64,000 bases of DNA, taken from NCBI RefSeq assembly GCF_021869535.1, contig NW_026262690.1, forward strand, positions 94,116,001 through 94,180,000, given 5' to 3'. This document shows positions 13,272-25,339 of the stretch, piece by piece. Positions within the stretch are counted from its first letter, which is position 1. Every line of letters begins with the position of its first letter. Under the pieces are notes generated by a model. That model made no database searches and was not told where the DNA came from. It saw only the letters and a program-made list of their open reading frames with translations. This stretch comes from Mytilus californianus. Taxonomy: Eukaryota. Both the position numbers and the translations under genes were made by a program.

Positions 13272-15012
13272 ATGGCTAGCAAATATGCAAACTGTCAATT
13301 TTGTGAAGAATCAGCTGGTGTGAAATGGCATTGCCAGTCATGTAGTCTAAATCTTTGTGATGTGTGCAAATACAAAAATTCATACAAAGAGTGAAAAATT
13401 ATCTGAACACAAGGTCGATCTTTTAAAAGATGGAGAAAGTATTAAGGAGTTGGAAAATCTACGAAAAGTGGACTTGAAAGAGATTTTATGCTTGAAGCAT
13501 GTGGATCAGAAATGTGTAACATACTGTCTAAGTTGCGATAAATCTTTGTGTTCCTCTTGCTTAATCCGACCATTTCAGTATGAGGAACTTAACAAAGTGT
13601 ACGAAGAAAAATATTTTCTACTGAAAGGTTTAAAAAGTAAAATTGACGAATGTTATCCTTTCTTTGAGGAGAAAGCGGCTGATTTTCGGAAAAGGGATGA
13701 TGATGAGGTTGAAAAACAAAACGAAATTAAAGAGAAAATTTTCAATAGGAAAAATGGAGTAAAGGAAGCAGTAACAAAGGAAGCGTTAGCCTTAGTAGAA
13801 GTTATGAAAGGTATATGGGATACCGACAATAATCCAGTAAAAACAGAATGTGAACGACTTTGTCAAATAGAACAAGATTTAAAGGACCGAAAACATGTAC
13901 TTGACGAAGTCACACAAACTCAAGAGCCAACTTTAGTTTTCTCAACTGCAGAAAACATCAGTAGAGCTATACCAGAGGAATCAGTTTTGGAAGTAAAACC
14001 TCCAGAACTGTATTATATTGAGCCAATAGATGTTAATATGGAAAAGGTATTGGGATCAATAATCAATAAACCTAAAGTTGTTTTGATTAAGACGTTTGAA
14101 GTTAATTTTCCCGAGATTAGTGGTTTAGTGTCTCTAAATGATGACATATGTGTTATGTATAATGAAAGTTCTCGTAAAATAAGTATTTCACCATATCTGA
14201 TTTAAAGTTTGTAACTACTAAAAATGACATAGTAGATGAACTCAGAAAGGACAGACATAGATCTATCAAGATTTTCGGATATAACAAACTATAATGAAGA
14301 AGTTTTAATATCCGATGACACATTTCAAATGAAACGCCTTAGAAATAATGGAACTTTTAAGAATATATCACTGTCGTTTACAAATGATAAACTGATGTTT
14401 TATGGTATTCATGCTACAAATGATAATGAGATTATTGTCGGTTTTACTAATAGCGAGAGAAATTCTACTGGATTTCTTGAACTAAGAGATATCAATTATG
14501 CAAGCAAGATTAGACGCGTTGAATGTGATACCGACAGTGACAAAAAGTTATTTACTCTTCCGAAAAAGATAACTACAGACATCAACGGAGATATTTATGT
14601 GAAAGATCAGTTAGACTATTCTACTAGAGTAGTATCGATTGGAAAATGGGGACAATCGAAATGGACATACAGTGGCCATCAAAGCCTTAATCCAGTATCA
14701 GCAGCAGCAAAAGAAAAAGGAGAAAGAAACGATAATGGAGAAGACGACGATGATGAAGAAGCCGAAGTTGAAATAGAAGATTTTTATCCCGGTGACATTG
14801 TTACAACATCATCAGGTCTGGTTCTGGTGTCTGAGGAAACCACAAACGCAATTCATGTCCTTTCTAAGGATGGGCAGTTTATCTGTAATTGTTTATCAGA
14901 TAGTGGAATTATTTCGCCTGTTAGTATATGTTTTAACAAAAAGGGACAGTTAATGATTGGTTGTTCAGATTCTCGTAAAACAAAGTTACATATTGTGAAA
15001 TTCATAGAATGA
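13272..15012 (+). pseudogene. TRIM-like copy D, three single-base indels, otherwise stop-free (possibly an intact gene mis-assembled)
   Basis: ATGGCTAGC at 13272, as in copy A. Indels: +1 near 13369, -1 near 14180, +1 near 14277. Correcting them gives a continuous 579-aa frame ending at TGA 15010-15012. Confidence 0.8.
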
Positions 15013-15229
15013 GACTTCAGAAAGGAATGCTTGATGTTCAAACATCAAGGTTTTGCGATTTAATAAATATTTATAGAGAATATCTTCCAAAGAAATGTTT
15101 ATTTTAATTCCGAACGTCGTTCAAAATAAAATTGATTTTACAAATGCCATTGTGACGTTCAAGCACACGGTACTTATCTTTTGCTAAAATAGGCTACAAA
15201 AAAAAAGTATTAGCAAAAAAACAAACACC

Positions 15230-15720
15230 AAGCTATATCAACCAACGGAACAAATTGAAAGCAAGAACTGACATATTCCTGACTTTGTATAGGCTTTTTA
15301 AGAACAATATGATGGTTTAAACCTGGTTTTATAGTTAGCTTAAACTCCCACTTGTATGACAGTTGTTTATAGTTTCGTTATATTGAAAAAATGGTTGAGG
15401 AACCCAAACAGACATAATTGGTTAACGTTTCAAACAAACATACATTTGAATCTGGCAAAGACGTATACAAAAAACGGGTTTGTAGTTGATAGTTTATACA
15501 GTATAGTAAAATATAATGACATATGCACTTTTCCGATAAAGTACCAAATAAGTAAAATGTATAAGAGTATATAAAATGAAAACAACACTATAAAAACCTC
15601 AAGCGTTCGATTCGAACCTCTGGATTCATCCGCATCATGAACGCCCAAAGCCAAAAACCCGAAAACTGGATGAAGAAAAACCGGGCCACGTCATGAGCCA
15701 TACGACCAAAAGGAACATAA
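15230..15720 (-). repeat. Dispersed repeat carrying a decayed hammerhead-like motif (retrozyme/PLE-terminus-like)
   Basis: 15260-15370 matches 1150-1250 (CATATTCCTGACTT...AAACCTGGTTTTAT). 15603-15644 read on minus is GCGTTC-ATGATGC-GGATGAATCC-A-GAGG-TTCGAA-TC-GAACGC. Confidence 0.5.
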
Positions 15721-16349
15721 TAGTACAAAGATTAACAAGGGGAAAACTATAAAGTAAATCAAATGATACACAACGTCAGCACAAAGCGAAAGTGGGTCGT
15801 AATTTAAGAACATTACTTGACAGACTCGACATAGTATTGTTGCAAAGGGTCAGCATTAATTTAACTAACTAATGTGAAATTCGTTTCAAAACACTAAAAT
15901 TTCCCAATACGTAAATCAAAATATAAAAATTCCTCAACCTAAAAAACATTAAAAGAGGACAAAAACAAAAAACAACTATAATACAGAGAGATGTGCGCAC
16001 ATCTGATCAACAAAAACAAATCCTTACGTTGGAGATTCTACGCGGTTATCTGGAAAGGTAAGCATAGTTTACATAAAATAATTTATAGCCCGATTGCTTT
16101 CTAAGTTGAATTCAGCAATTTCAAGCATTCAAAACTATTTTATTTTAAGTTCAAATAAACTGAAGACATTTCATTTCAAAACTTTATCCGGACTTGTGCT
16201 GAAAAATTCAACATACCTTTAATTGTTTTTAGAGCGCATTGGTTTCTGAAGTTTGTTAGTACAAAAAAACAAGTACTCCTAATCTGAACAACAGGGCAAA
16301 TATGTCCTCATATTTTAATTTCATATGCTATTAATTTATTATTCAACAG

Positions 16350-17019
16350 AAAAGAGGGACGAAAGATACCAGAGGGACAGTCAAACTCACAAATCGAAAA
16401 CAAACTGACAACGCAATGGCCAAAAATAAAAAGACAAACAGACAAATAATAGTACAGATGACACAACATAGAAAACTAAAGACTAAGCAACACGAATCCC
16501 ACCAAAAACTGGGGGTGATCTCAGGTGCTCCGGAAGGGTAAGCAGATCCTGCTCCACATGTGGCACCCGTCGTGTTGCTTATGTTATTACCAATCCGGTA
16601 AATAGTCTAATTCGGTAGGTCACATTCGTGAAAAGGGAAGGGTATTGTAGTTACGACATAAGGAACATATCCGATATCATCTGTGAAACGGTTATTCCAT
16701 AACGGTCAACCAACTGGTGATGGCGTCCGTAAAATTTACGAAGGAATGATTTCAACTTCACCATTTGGAACTCTTGGTTTAATAGCTTCCTTGTGAGCAG
16801 CAATCCTCTATCAAGGAAATCATGATAGGAAATACAAGCCCGGGAATATCGTTTAATTGGGAGATATATACTCCGTATGAAGACGCTGCTGAAATGTTGC
16901 TACATAGAAATGGAAAGTTCACAATTGGGAAGCTGAAATCATCTCTTTCGTCGTAAAGTTTTGTTTTCAACCGACCCTCATTGTCAATTTCTAGATGTAA
17001 GACAAGATATGAGGCAGAC
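16350..17019 (-). mobile_element. 5'-truncated Penelope-like (Naiad-type) retroelement: RT thumb plus 3' UTR
   Basis: ORF 16779..16970 KTKLYDERDDFSFPIVNFPFLCSNISAASSYGVYISQL. Co-linear with 51730-52400. Confidence 0.85.
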
Positions 17020-17112
17020 TTAAAATTAAAACAGAAACTGTCAACAAGGATTCTACAGTAACTTCAAGTTCTTTAGCTTTCATTTGATATCAAAATTAAC
17101 CAAATACTTTAA

Positions 17113-17678
17113 AGGGGCATTAGCTGTTAAATTCATGTTCATCAATTCGACTCAAATTCTCACATTTGATTTATAACAAACTAAAATAAACAAGTAACAA
17201 TTCATGGACTCGCTAATATATATCAGTATTTCGTGTGTTTTTTAGTCCTGTCGCCATCAAAATAACCATCGAGATGACATACGAAGACTGCCGACGGTCA
17301 TATAAACCGATACAAACATGGATATAAACATAAATAGATAGCGAACATGTGCAATTGGATTTGTCTATGTCTGATTTCATGTTATTGGTTCAAAATGTAT
17401 GTAATTATCGTTTTTACCTGTAAAAGAATGATTGTTTGTGGATAGAATCAGTCAACTTCACTTTCAATGTTGCCATTATTTTCCTTTTAATAGCTGAACA
17501 CGCTTAGTACATGCGTAACCAATCTCTAGCTAAGGGGTTAAATTGAAGGTCACATGACAAATTTGGGCCAAATAGACATCTTATAATGAAACATTATCTA
17601 ATAATTCCGCTTTTATTGTTACGTGAAATAAACACAATCGCACTTTAATTTTTTGTCTAAATCGTAGCTAATGTCCCT
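17113..17678. mobile_element. Non-autonomous DNA transposon (Kolobok-type MITE)
   Basis: TIRs AGGGGCATTAGCT / AGCTAATGTCCCT (1 mismatch), flanked by TTAA and TTGA. Confidence 0.6.
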
Positions 17679-19974
17679 TTGATTATTGACAAACTTACAG
17701 CTATGTGTGGAACTATTTTGTTTTATTAAATATGTACTAATTTCTTGTGATCTTTCTAGTTGGAGCGGACTTCTTTTTTCTCTTTTATCTTTTTTTACCT
17801 TTTTTCAGTTGGTTCTGTTCAAAGGCAAAGAACTTTTGTCAGAAATCCATGTATGCTGACTCTTCTTAGCCTCAATTACCCTATTGACGCCCCTGTCGAT
17901 TTCCGTATGTTTTATTTTCTTAACTTGATTTGTATGTTGTAAATTTATTTCCGAGATTTGAACATCGGCTAACTAATATTGTAACTAATCAACCAAGAAT
18001 TTGTGACTTACTTCATAACAAATATTTTTTACATTTTTTTGTAGTGGCAACATTACTTTTCTAGATAATGCATTGCAAGAGTAAATTTTTGTTTTGTTTT
18101 ATAAATTGTTTTATAAATATTTAGATGCGACAATTGATAATCAAACAAATATTTAGATATTCACAAGAAACATTTGAATCATGTAAATTTGGACAAAACA
18201 TCTATTTTACAACAAAAAAAAGACATGATAGTCAACACAATATAAGATTACAAAAGAAATAATTTATAAGAATATTTCAACAAAACATGTAAAATTCAAC
18301 AAAAACCTTAGATATTCCTATTCAAAACTGTCACTTAAGAGTCATAAATTGTCGAAATACGCATCTGGTGCAGTAAAATTGGTGCCGTTACTGTTATCAG
18401 ATATATCGAAACAAAAACACGAGAAGGACAACAAAATATTAAGATTTCAAGCAAAACACAAGAAGGTCTACGAATAACAGATTTACACAAAATAAACAGC
18501 AAAATATTCTCGTTACAGATTGGCAATCCTTTAGAAACAGTTCAATACAAATTATCTGTCAGCATCGGAATAATAATCGCAAACAGGAACTCAGAAAAGT
18601 TTACGAAGCAAAGAATTTTGTGTTTTATCATTTGTGAGAGATGTAACCAGACATTTTACTGTAAAAAAGTAAGCAATCACTGGCAGATTATCCCAAAAAT
18701 TGCTCCAGATCATAACAGAAATTTGCAAATTGTGATGCAATTAGCGGGACCTTTTTATATAAAAAGAAATTAACATTATTTAAATAAATCATGTATTAAC
18801 TTGTCCTTACAAAAAACGGTACCTTTATCTAATTATTCAATATTTGAAAATTTTAATTCATAAGCTGAGCTTCTTTTACGTAGTAAGCGAAAGAGTATAT
18901 AGGTGAACCCTTTTTCTTCTTATTTTTTTCAAAATTTTCAAAAGAATGATTTTCACATATTTGAAAAACAATTATTTGCTTATTCTTTGAATCCCATAAA
19001 ATGGCTTTTTTTTTAGTTTGAAATATGTTACTTGAAAATAGCTAAATGTCCTATTTTTAATCAACACGATATTAGCGGCATTCTGTCAAATTTAGAAAAA
19101 AAATTGTAAAATTGTCTTCAAATAAAAGCGTGTGGGAAGCAAGAAGGTGAACTGTGGTTTATTTTTATCAATAGTTCCGCTTAAGTCGACGTTAGGGGCC
19201 GTCTTGACCTTGTTGTAGGGTATGAATGATTCGTTCATTGTTGAAGACCCTACATCAACTGTCAAGATGAAGAACAGGAATAAAAGCCCTGTTCATTGAT
19301 AATTTTTTATGTTTTCTATGTATTGTGTGCGATTTTGTCCCATGTACATTTTTTCCATATCCTTTCATTTTCTACCCAGTAACATATGTAAATCCATAAC
19401 AGACAAAAGAAAATTCTGAAATATTGACCATCGAGGCGAGGGGTAAAAAGTACTACCACGCTTAATAATAATCTTTAATCCGATAATGATCTGTCAATGA
19501 TATTTTTAAACGTAACGCACTAATTGCAAGGGGACGATCACAAAATTCAAGTTTTTTTTATTTATTACAATGGCAGTATCTCTATTATTTGTTAATTACT
19601 TTCATGCTTATATTGACTTCAATCGAGTCAGTGAAGAAAAACAATAGATTTTCGATAAGACACATTAAAAGTTTAAATCATAGAACAAAGAAATACACTG
19701 AATTTTTTCAGCTTATTTTTGGTTTAACAAAATTTATGCTGATCGAAAACTAACCTGAAGATAATGGGATGAACATTTGAAAATGACTAGCACATATACA
19801 AACTGTGAATTTTGTGTAAAACCAGATGATGTAAAATTGCTCTGCCAGTCGTGCGATCTTAATCTTTGTGAAATATATAATACAAAAATTCATACAAAAA
19901 TTAATAATTATCACAATGTTGTTCTTTTACAACAGGACAATAGTATTGAGGATTTGGAAAATCGAAAAAAAGTT

Positions 19975-21246
19975 ACAATTTATGACTAAAATCAGCAAAG
20001 ACCCATCAAAACAACATCTGATACAAAAATTTAATAACACTTTAAGATATTTGGATGATATATTGGATCTCAATAATGACGACTTCAGTATGTACACTAA
20101 AGAGATTGATCCTGCTGAACTGACTTTAAATAAAGCTAATACAAACAATGAGCACTGCCCTTTCCTGGATCTTGATATCTATATCTTTAACGGGAAGCTT
20201 AATACCAAAATTTATGATAAAAGAGATGATTTTTCATTTCCTATTGTTAATTATCCATTTTTAGATGGTGACGTTCTCTTGTCACCATCTTATGGTGTTT
20301 ATATATATCAACTTGTTCGATTCGCTCGTTTATGTAACAACGTTTTATCATCGGTACAAGGACATCATTCGTAAATATAAATCAACATGCAGACATCTTA
20401 TACGTTCAGGTATTTCACATCCAATCTTTTATGGTAATATTCTATATACGCACAAAAATGTGGACATTCACCTCAAAAGCTAACCAAACCTTTAAACAGA
20501 CTTATTCAGAAGGGATATAGTTACGATACTGTTGTCATGTCATTAAAGATGGCATATTTTGGTATTAATATTGATTCACTTATAGGGTCTTTGCATCGGA
20601 AATAAACACATTTATTCTTAAAGTAGTTGTTGGCATGATACGGGTTATGTTCTATTCATATATTTTATGATGGTATCATACTAAACCCCTAACGGGAGGG
20701 ATTGTGCTTGATTTACATATGATGAATACATAATCTTTCAATCAGTTTAATTGAGGTCTGGAGCTGGCATGTCAGTAACTGCTAGTAGTCCTTTGTTAAT
20801 TTATGTATCATTGTCATTTTGCTTAGTTTCTTTTGTTACCTATTCTGACATCGGACTCGGACTTCTTTTAAACTGAGTTTTACTGTGCGTATTGCTGTGT
20901 GTCAGTTTTATCTACATTGGCTAGAGGTATAGGGGAGGGTTGAGATCTCACAAAACATGTTTAACCCCGCAGCATTTTTGCGCCTGTCCCAAGTCAGGAG
21001 CCTCTGGCCTTTGTAAGTCTTGTATGTTTTTTTAATTTTAATTCATTTATATGTTTTGGAGTTTAGTGTGACGTTCATTTTCATTGAACTAGTACACATT
21101 TTTGTTTAGGGGCATGCTGTAGCCCGCCTCCGGGTGCGGGATTTTCTCGCTGTGTTAAAGACCAATTGGTGGCCTTCGGCTGTTTTCTGCTCTTTGGTCG
21201 GGTTGTTATCTGTTTAACACATTCCCCATTTCCATTCTCAATTTTA
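19975..21246 (+). mobile_element. 5'-truncated Penelope-like (Naiad-type) insertion inside TRIM copy E
   Basis: LQFMTKISKDPSKQHLIQKFNNTLRYLDDILDLNND...KIYDKRDDFSFPIVNYPFL (YLDD intact). Coding ends ...SLHRK* near 20606, followed by about 640 bp of 3' sequence ending CCCCATTTCCATTCTCAATTTTA. Confidence 0.85.
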
Positions 21247-22527
21247 TTGAAGAAGATTGCATGTTCAAAAACATTTTGATAAGACATGTGTATCCATCTG
21301 TCTAAATTGCGATAAATCTTTATGCTCGTCTTGTGTAGTCAGACCATTTCAGTATGAGGAACTGAACAAAGTTTATGAAGATAAGTATCTTTTACTCAAA
21401 TTTTAAAAAGTAAAATTGACGAATGTTACCCATTCTTTGAAGATAAAGCAGCCCAATTTAGAAAAATGGATGATTGTGGGGTAATGAAACACAGCGAAAT
21501 CAAAATAGAAGTAAAAGGTGCAATAACAAAGAAAGCATTAAATCTTGTAGAAGTTATAGAAGGTATATGGGACCCGGAAAATAACTCTGTAGTATCAGAA
21601 CGCAAAAGACTTTCTCTGATAGAACATGAATTATTAACAAGAAAAATTACGCTTGACGAAGTGTTAGAAACACAGGATCCAGCTTCAGTTTTCTGAACTG
21701 TGGAAAAAAAAGCAGAGAGATACTAGAGTAATCAGCGTTAGAAATTAAACCTCCAGAACTGATTTTCATTTAGCCAAAAGAGATTTTTATGAAAGAAATC
21801 ATGGGATCCATAATCAAAATACCAAAAGTAATTTCTATTCAGATATTTAAGGTAGATTTTCCCGATATGAATGGACTAGTGTCTCTAATTGATGACATGT
21901 GTGTTATTTTCAACAGTAATTCTCGCAGATTTGTGTTTTTCAAAATATCAGGTTTCAAGTTTGTCACTACAAATGATATAATAGACGTAAGTTTAAACTA
22001 TTCCGGTTATGCAAAGATTTTAGATATTACAAAATATAATGGAGATATCTTACTAACAGATGACAAATTTCAAATTAGACAGCTTAAAAGAAACGGACAA
22101 TTTGAAAACCTGTCACCGTCAATAACGAACGATAATTTCCAGTTTAATGGTATTCATGCAACAGACAATAACGAAATTATTCTAGATTTTACTAACAACA
22201 CGGGTTCTTTTGTTGGAATTCTTGAACTTACTGATATGAAATTTAACATGCAAGACACAAGCATTATGGGAGGCGTTGAGGGCAATAGTAAAGCATTATT
22301 TACTCTTCCAAAAAAGATAACTAGAAACATTAATGGTGATATGTGTGTGATAGATCAGCTCATGGGTTCAGAAAAGGGAAAGTTATTGTAGTTATTGGGA
22401 AATTGGGACAGCCTAAATTGATATACAGCGGTCATACAGACATAAATTCAGAAAATGAATTTTCTCCGAACGACCTTCTCACAACATCTTCGGGTCTTGT
22501 TCTTGTGGCTGAGGAAAAAAAACAAAT

Positions 22528-22615
22528 GCAATTCATGTCCTGTCGAAGGATTGGGCAATTCATGTCCTGTCGAAGGATGGGTAATTCATGTCCTGTCGAA
22601 GGATGAGCAATTCAT
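22528..22615 (+). repeat. 26-27 bp tandem triplication within copy E
   Basis: GCAATTCATGTCCTGTCGAAGGAT(T)GG units start at 22528, 22555 and 22581, with a partial unit at 22607. Confidence 0.9.
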
Positions 22616-23214
22616 CTGTGATTGTAATGCAGATACTGAAATAACTGAGCCAGTTAGATATGTTTTAATAAAAAAGGACAGTTAATGATCGGTTGAATGG
22701 ATTCTGGAAAAACTAAGTTGCATATGACGAATTTTATTGAATGAGACTCTAGTAATGGACCGTTCATTTTATGCGTGTGTTATTGCCAATGAAATTAAAA
22801 CAGTGTAGCTTCATCAAATTAGAAAAAAATTCTGTCATCTACTTCTGTAGAATAAGTTATTATTTGTTTAATAATAAAATTACAACACATAGTAAACAAT
22901 GACAAAAATTACATATGCGTAAATCGCAAAATAAGCACTCGTTGTGCGATTAAAAGATCTTAGGCAAAAACAAAAAAAAAGTAAATAAGTACGTATTAAA
23001 AAAAGTAAATAAGTACGTAATATGATAAACTCATAAACATAAAGAACTGACGAACGATCAACGCTTTTACTACCCTATAAAATTCCAAAAAAAGCATTTA
23101 ATAGATATTATTACCTTTTTAACGCAACAACCATAAAATAGGAGTTAAATTAAGTGTTTTTTCTGTTTTTTTTAAGGTTCTATATGAATTCTGTTTCATA
23201 TAGAATGTGACCTA

Positions 23215-23442
23215 GAAAATTAGACTTATCACCGGGTTTGTACTAACATGAGCAACACGACCCTTCCGTAGCACTCAAGATCACTCCCAGTTTTTGGTGG
23301 GGTTCGCATTGCTCAGTCTTTAGTTTTCTATGTTGCGTTTTGTGTACTTTTGTTTGTTTGTCTTTTTCTTTTTAGCCATGGCGTTGTCAATTTGTATTTT
23401 AATGTGAGTTTGAATGTCCCTTCGGTATCATTCGCCTCTCTT
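23215..23442 (+). mobile_element. Penelope-like 3' UTR fragment
   Basis: Reverse complement of 16355-16560 (CCCAGTTTTTGGTGGGGTTCG...GTCTTTAGTTTTCTATGTTG). Confidence 0.7.
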
Positions 23443-23624
23443 TGAACACGGAATTTGTATCTGCGTTTCCTATTTTTTTTTTTTTTTACAAATATCTGTT
23501 TTATTAGACGATGAAGTCAATCTTTCAATTGAGCATGGGTAATAAAAGTGTAAAGTTTTCATCGAACTGCAAATTTGCACATATTGTGATAGAAGATTTT
23601 GGAGTAGATCTTAAGAATTTTTAA

Positions 23625-23822
23625 GAATCAACATCTGATTGACACCACCGATTGAATATACATGATCTCAATATTTCTCAATGCCATCTTTTTCTGTGGA
23701 AAGAAAAGCGATAAGAACTTAAGAAAGATGTTTAGTTGGACATCTTGACGAACTACATCGTTCTTCATAAGGATTTCTGTGAAGTAATGGTATCCAGTAT
23801 AAAGATGGGAAATGTTCATCTT
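23625..23822 (-). mobile_element. Penelope-like RT N-terminal fragment
   Basis: Minus frame FPSLYWIPLLHRNPYEER...SSRCPTKHLS resembles the LYWIPKLHK motif upstream of the PLE RT core. Confidence 0.6.
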
Positions 23823-23824
23823 CC

Positions 23825-24680
23825 TTTTTGTCGAGCCTGCGACTTTTGTCGCAAAAGCGAGACATAGCGATCCTACATTCCGTCGGCGGCGGCGGCGGCG
23901 TCCACACATATTCACTCTGGTTAAAGTTTTTGAAATTTTAATAACTTTCTTAAACTATCCTGCATTTCAACCAAACTTGAACAGAAGCTTGTTTATGATC
24001 ATAAGATAGTATCCAGAAGTAAATTTTGTAAAAATAAATCCTGTTTATCCGTATTTTACTCATAAATGGACTTAGTTTTTCTGCCAGTTAACATTACATT
24101 CACTCTGTGGTTAAAGTTTTTCAAATTTTAATAACTTTCTTAAACTATCCTAAATTTGTACCAAACTTGGACAGAAGCTTGTTTATAATCATAAGATAGT
24201 ATCCAGAAGGAAATTTTGTAAAATAAAAATCCTGTTTATCCGTATTTTACTCATATAAGGACTTAGTTTTTCTGCCAGTTAACTTAACATTCACTCTGTG
24301 GTTAAAGTTTTTCAAATTTTAATAACTTTCTTAAACTATCCTGGATTTGTACCACACTTGGACAGAAGCTTGTTTCTGATCAAAAGCTAGTATCTAGAAG
24401 GAAATTTTGTAAAAAAAAATTTCCTGTCTTTCCGTATATTACTTATAAATGGACTTAGTTTTATTCCAGTTAACATTACGTACAGTCTGCAGTTAAAGTT
24501 TTTAAAACATTTATTAGATTCATAAACTTTCTTGGATTTTTACAAAACTTGAACAGAACTTCTTACAATCAAAAGATGGTATTTAGAGGAAAATTTTTAA
24601 TATTTTTTCCCCATTTTTGTTGAGCCTGCGACTAACAGCAAAAGTAGGCGAGACACTAGGTTCCGCGGAACCCTTACGAT
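23825..24680 (-). mobile_element. HINE/pearl-like element with about four ~190-bp tandem core units
   Basis: Terminal hairpin GCGACTTTTGTCGC, (GGC)n microsatellite at 23884-23899, units starting near 23911, 24099, 24290 and 24481. TTTTGT(C/T)GAGCCTGCGAC recurs at both ends. Confidence 0.75.
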
Positions 24681-25339
24681 TTTTTTTTATGTTAACATCA
24701 AAGGAGAAAATGACAAATTTGTGATTGTTTTAAATATCCTCTTTCGTGGATGATGCAGGGATAATGCGGGATTCCAAATTTGGGCGAAAAAAAGTTACAA
24801 AATTCTTATGAGGAACTTCCACTACACACTTTCTCGTGTTTCACCGAGTGACATAGATCAGTCAACAAAGAGCACATTTCACACCGTTCACAATATTAGA
24901 AGCAGTACAATTCATATCCTATTAACTACGTGTATTGTAACATCTGGAGGTCAAGTTACTATGAAAACGGTTATCAGTAATGAGTATACAAATTTTTTTT
25001 ACAGTTTCTCAAAAAAATAAAAAAAACAATGTTGCAAATTGTCATTGAAATCTAATATATCTTAAACATGTACAGTACAGAGCAAATATAAATAAACCTG
25101 TCTTAATTTTTCTAGTTCAAAGAGGATTCTGCAGTTTGAGGTAATGTCGTTTTCGTGACATGCTTACGTCAGATTGACACCTTTTTTGTTTATCCTGGGC
25201 GACATGCCATCAAGAAATGTTTGTTTCCGGGCTGGTAGATTCGGTATGAATCATATGTGGATACTAAAAACAATCTAAAGATGTGTATAGAAATATATAC
25301 AATATTGGTCTCTTTCCTCTTGCAGTATTATATAAAAAT

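Larger units (their letters stand above)
19783..22744 (+). pseudogene. TRIM-like copy E, split by a retroelement insertion, with additional stops and frameshifts
   Basis: MTSTYTNCEFCVKP...CQSCDLNLC at 19783. TRIM homology stops at 19974 and resumes at 21247 (TTGAAGAAGATTGCATGTTC). ORFs 21466..21696, 21789..22391 and 22343..22606 align to copies A/D. Confidence 0.85.

Noticed and set aside
13357-14290. Programmed frameshifting in copy D
   Set aside because: Three separate indels, no heptameric slippery site with downstream structure recognised, and paralogues are in frame at these positions.
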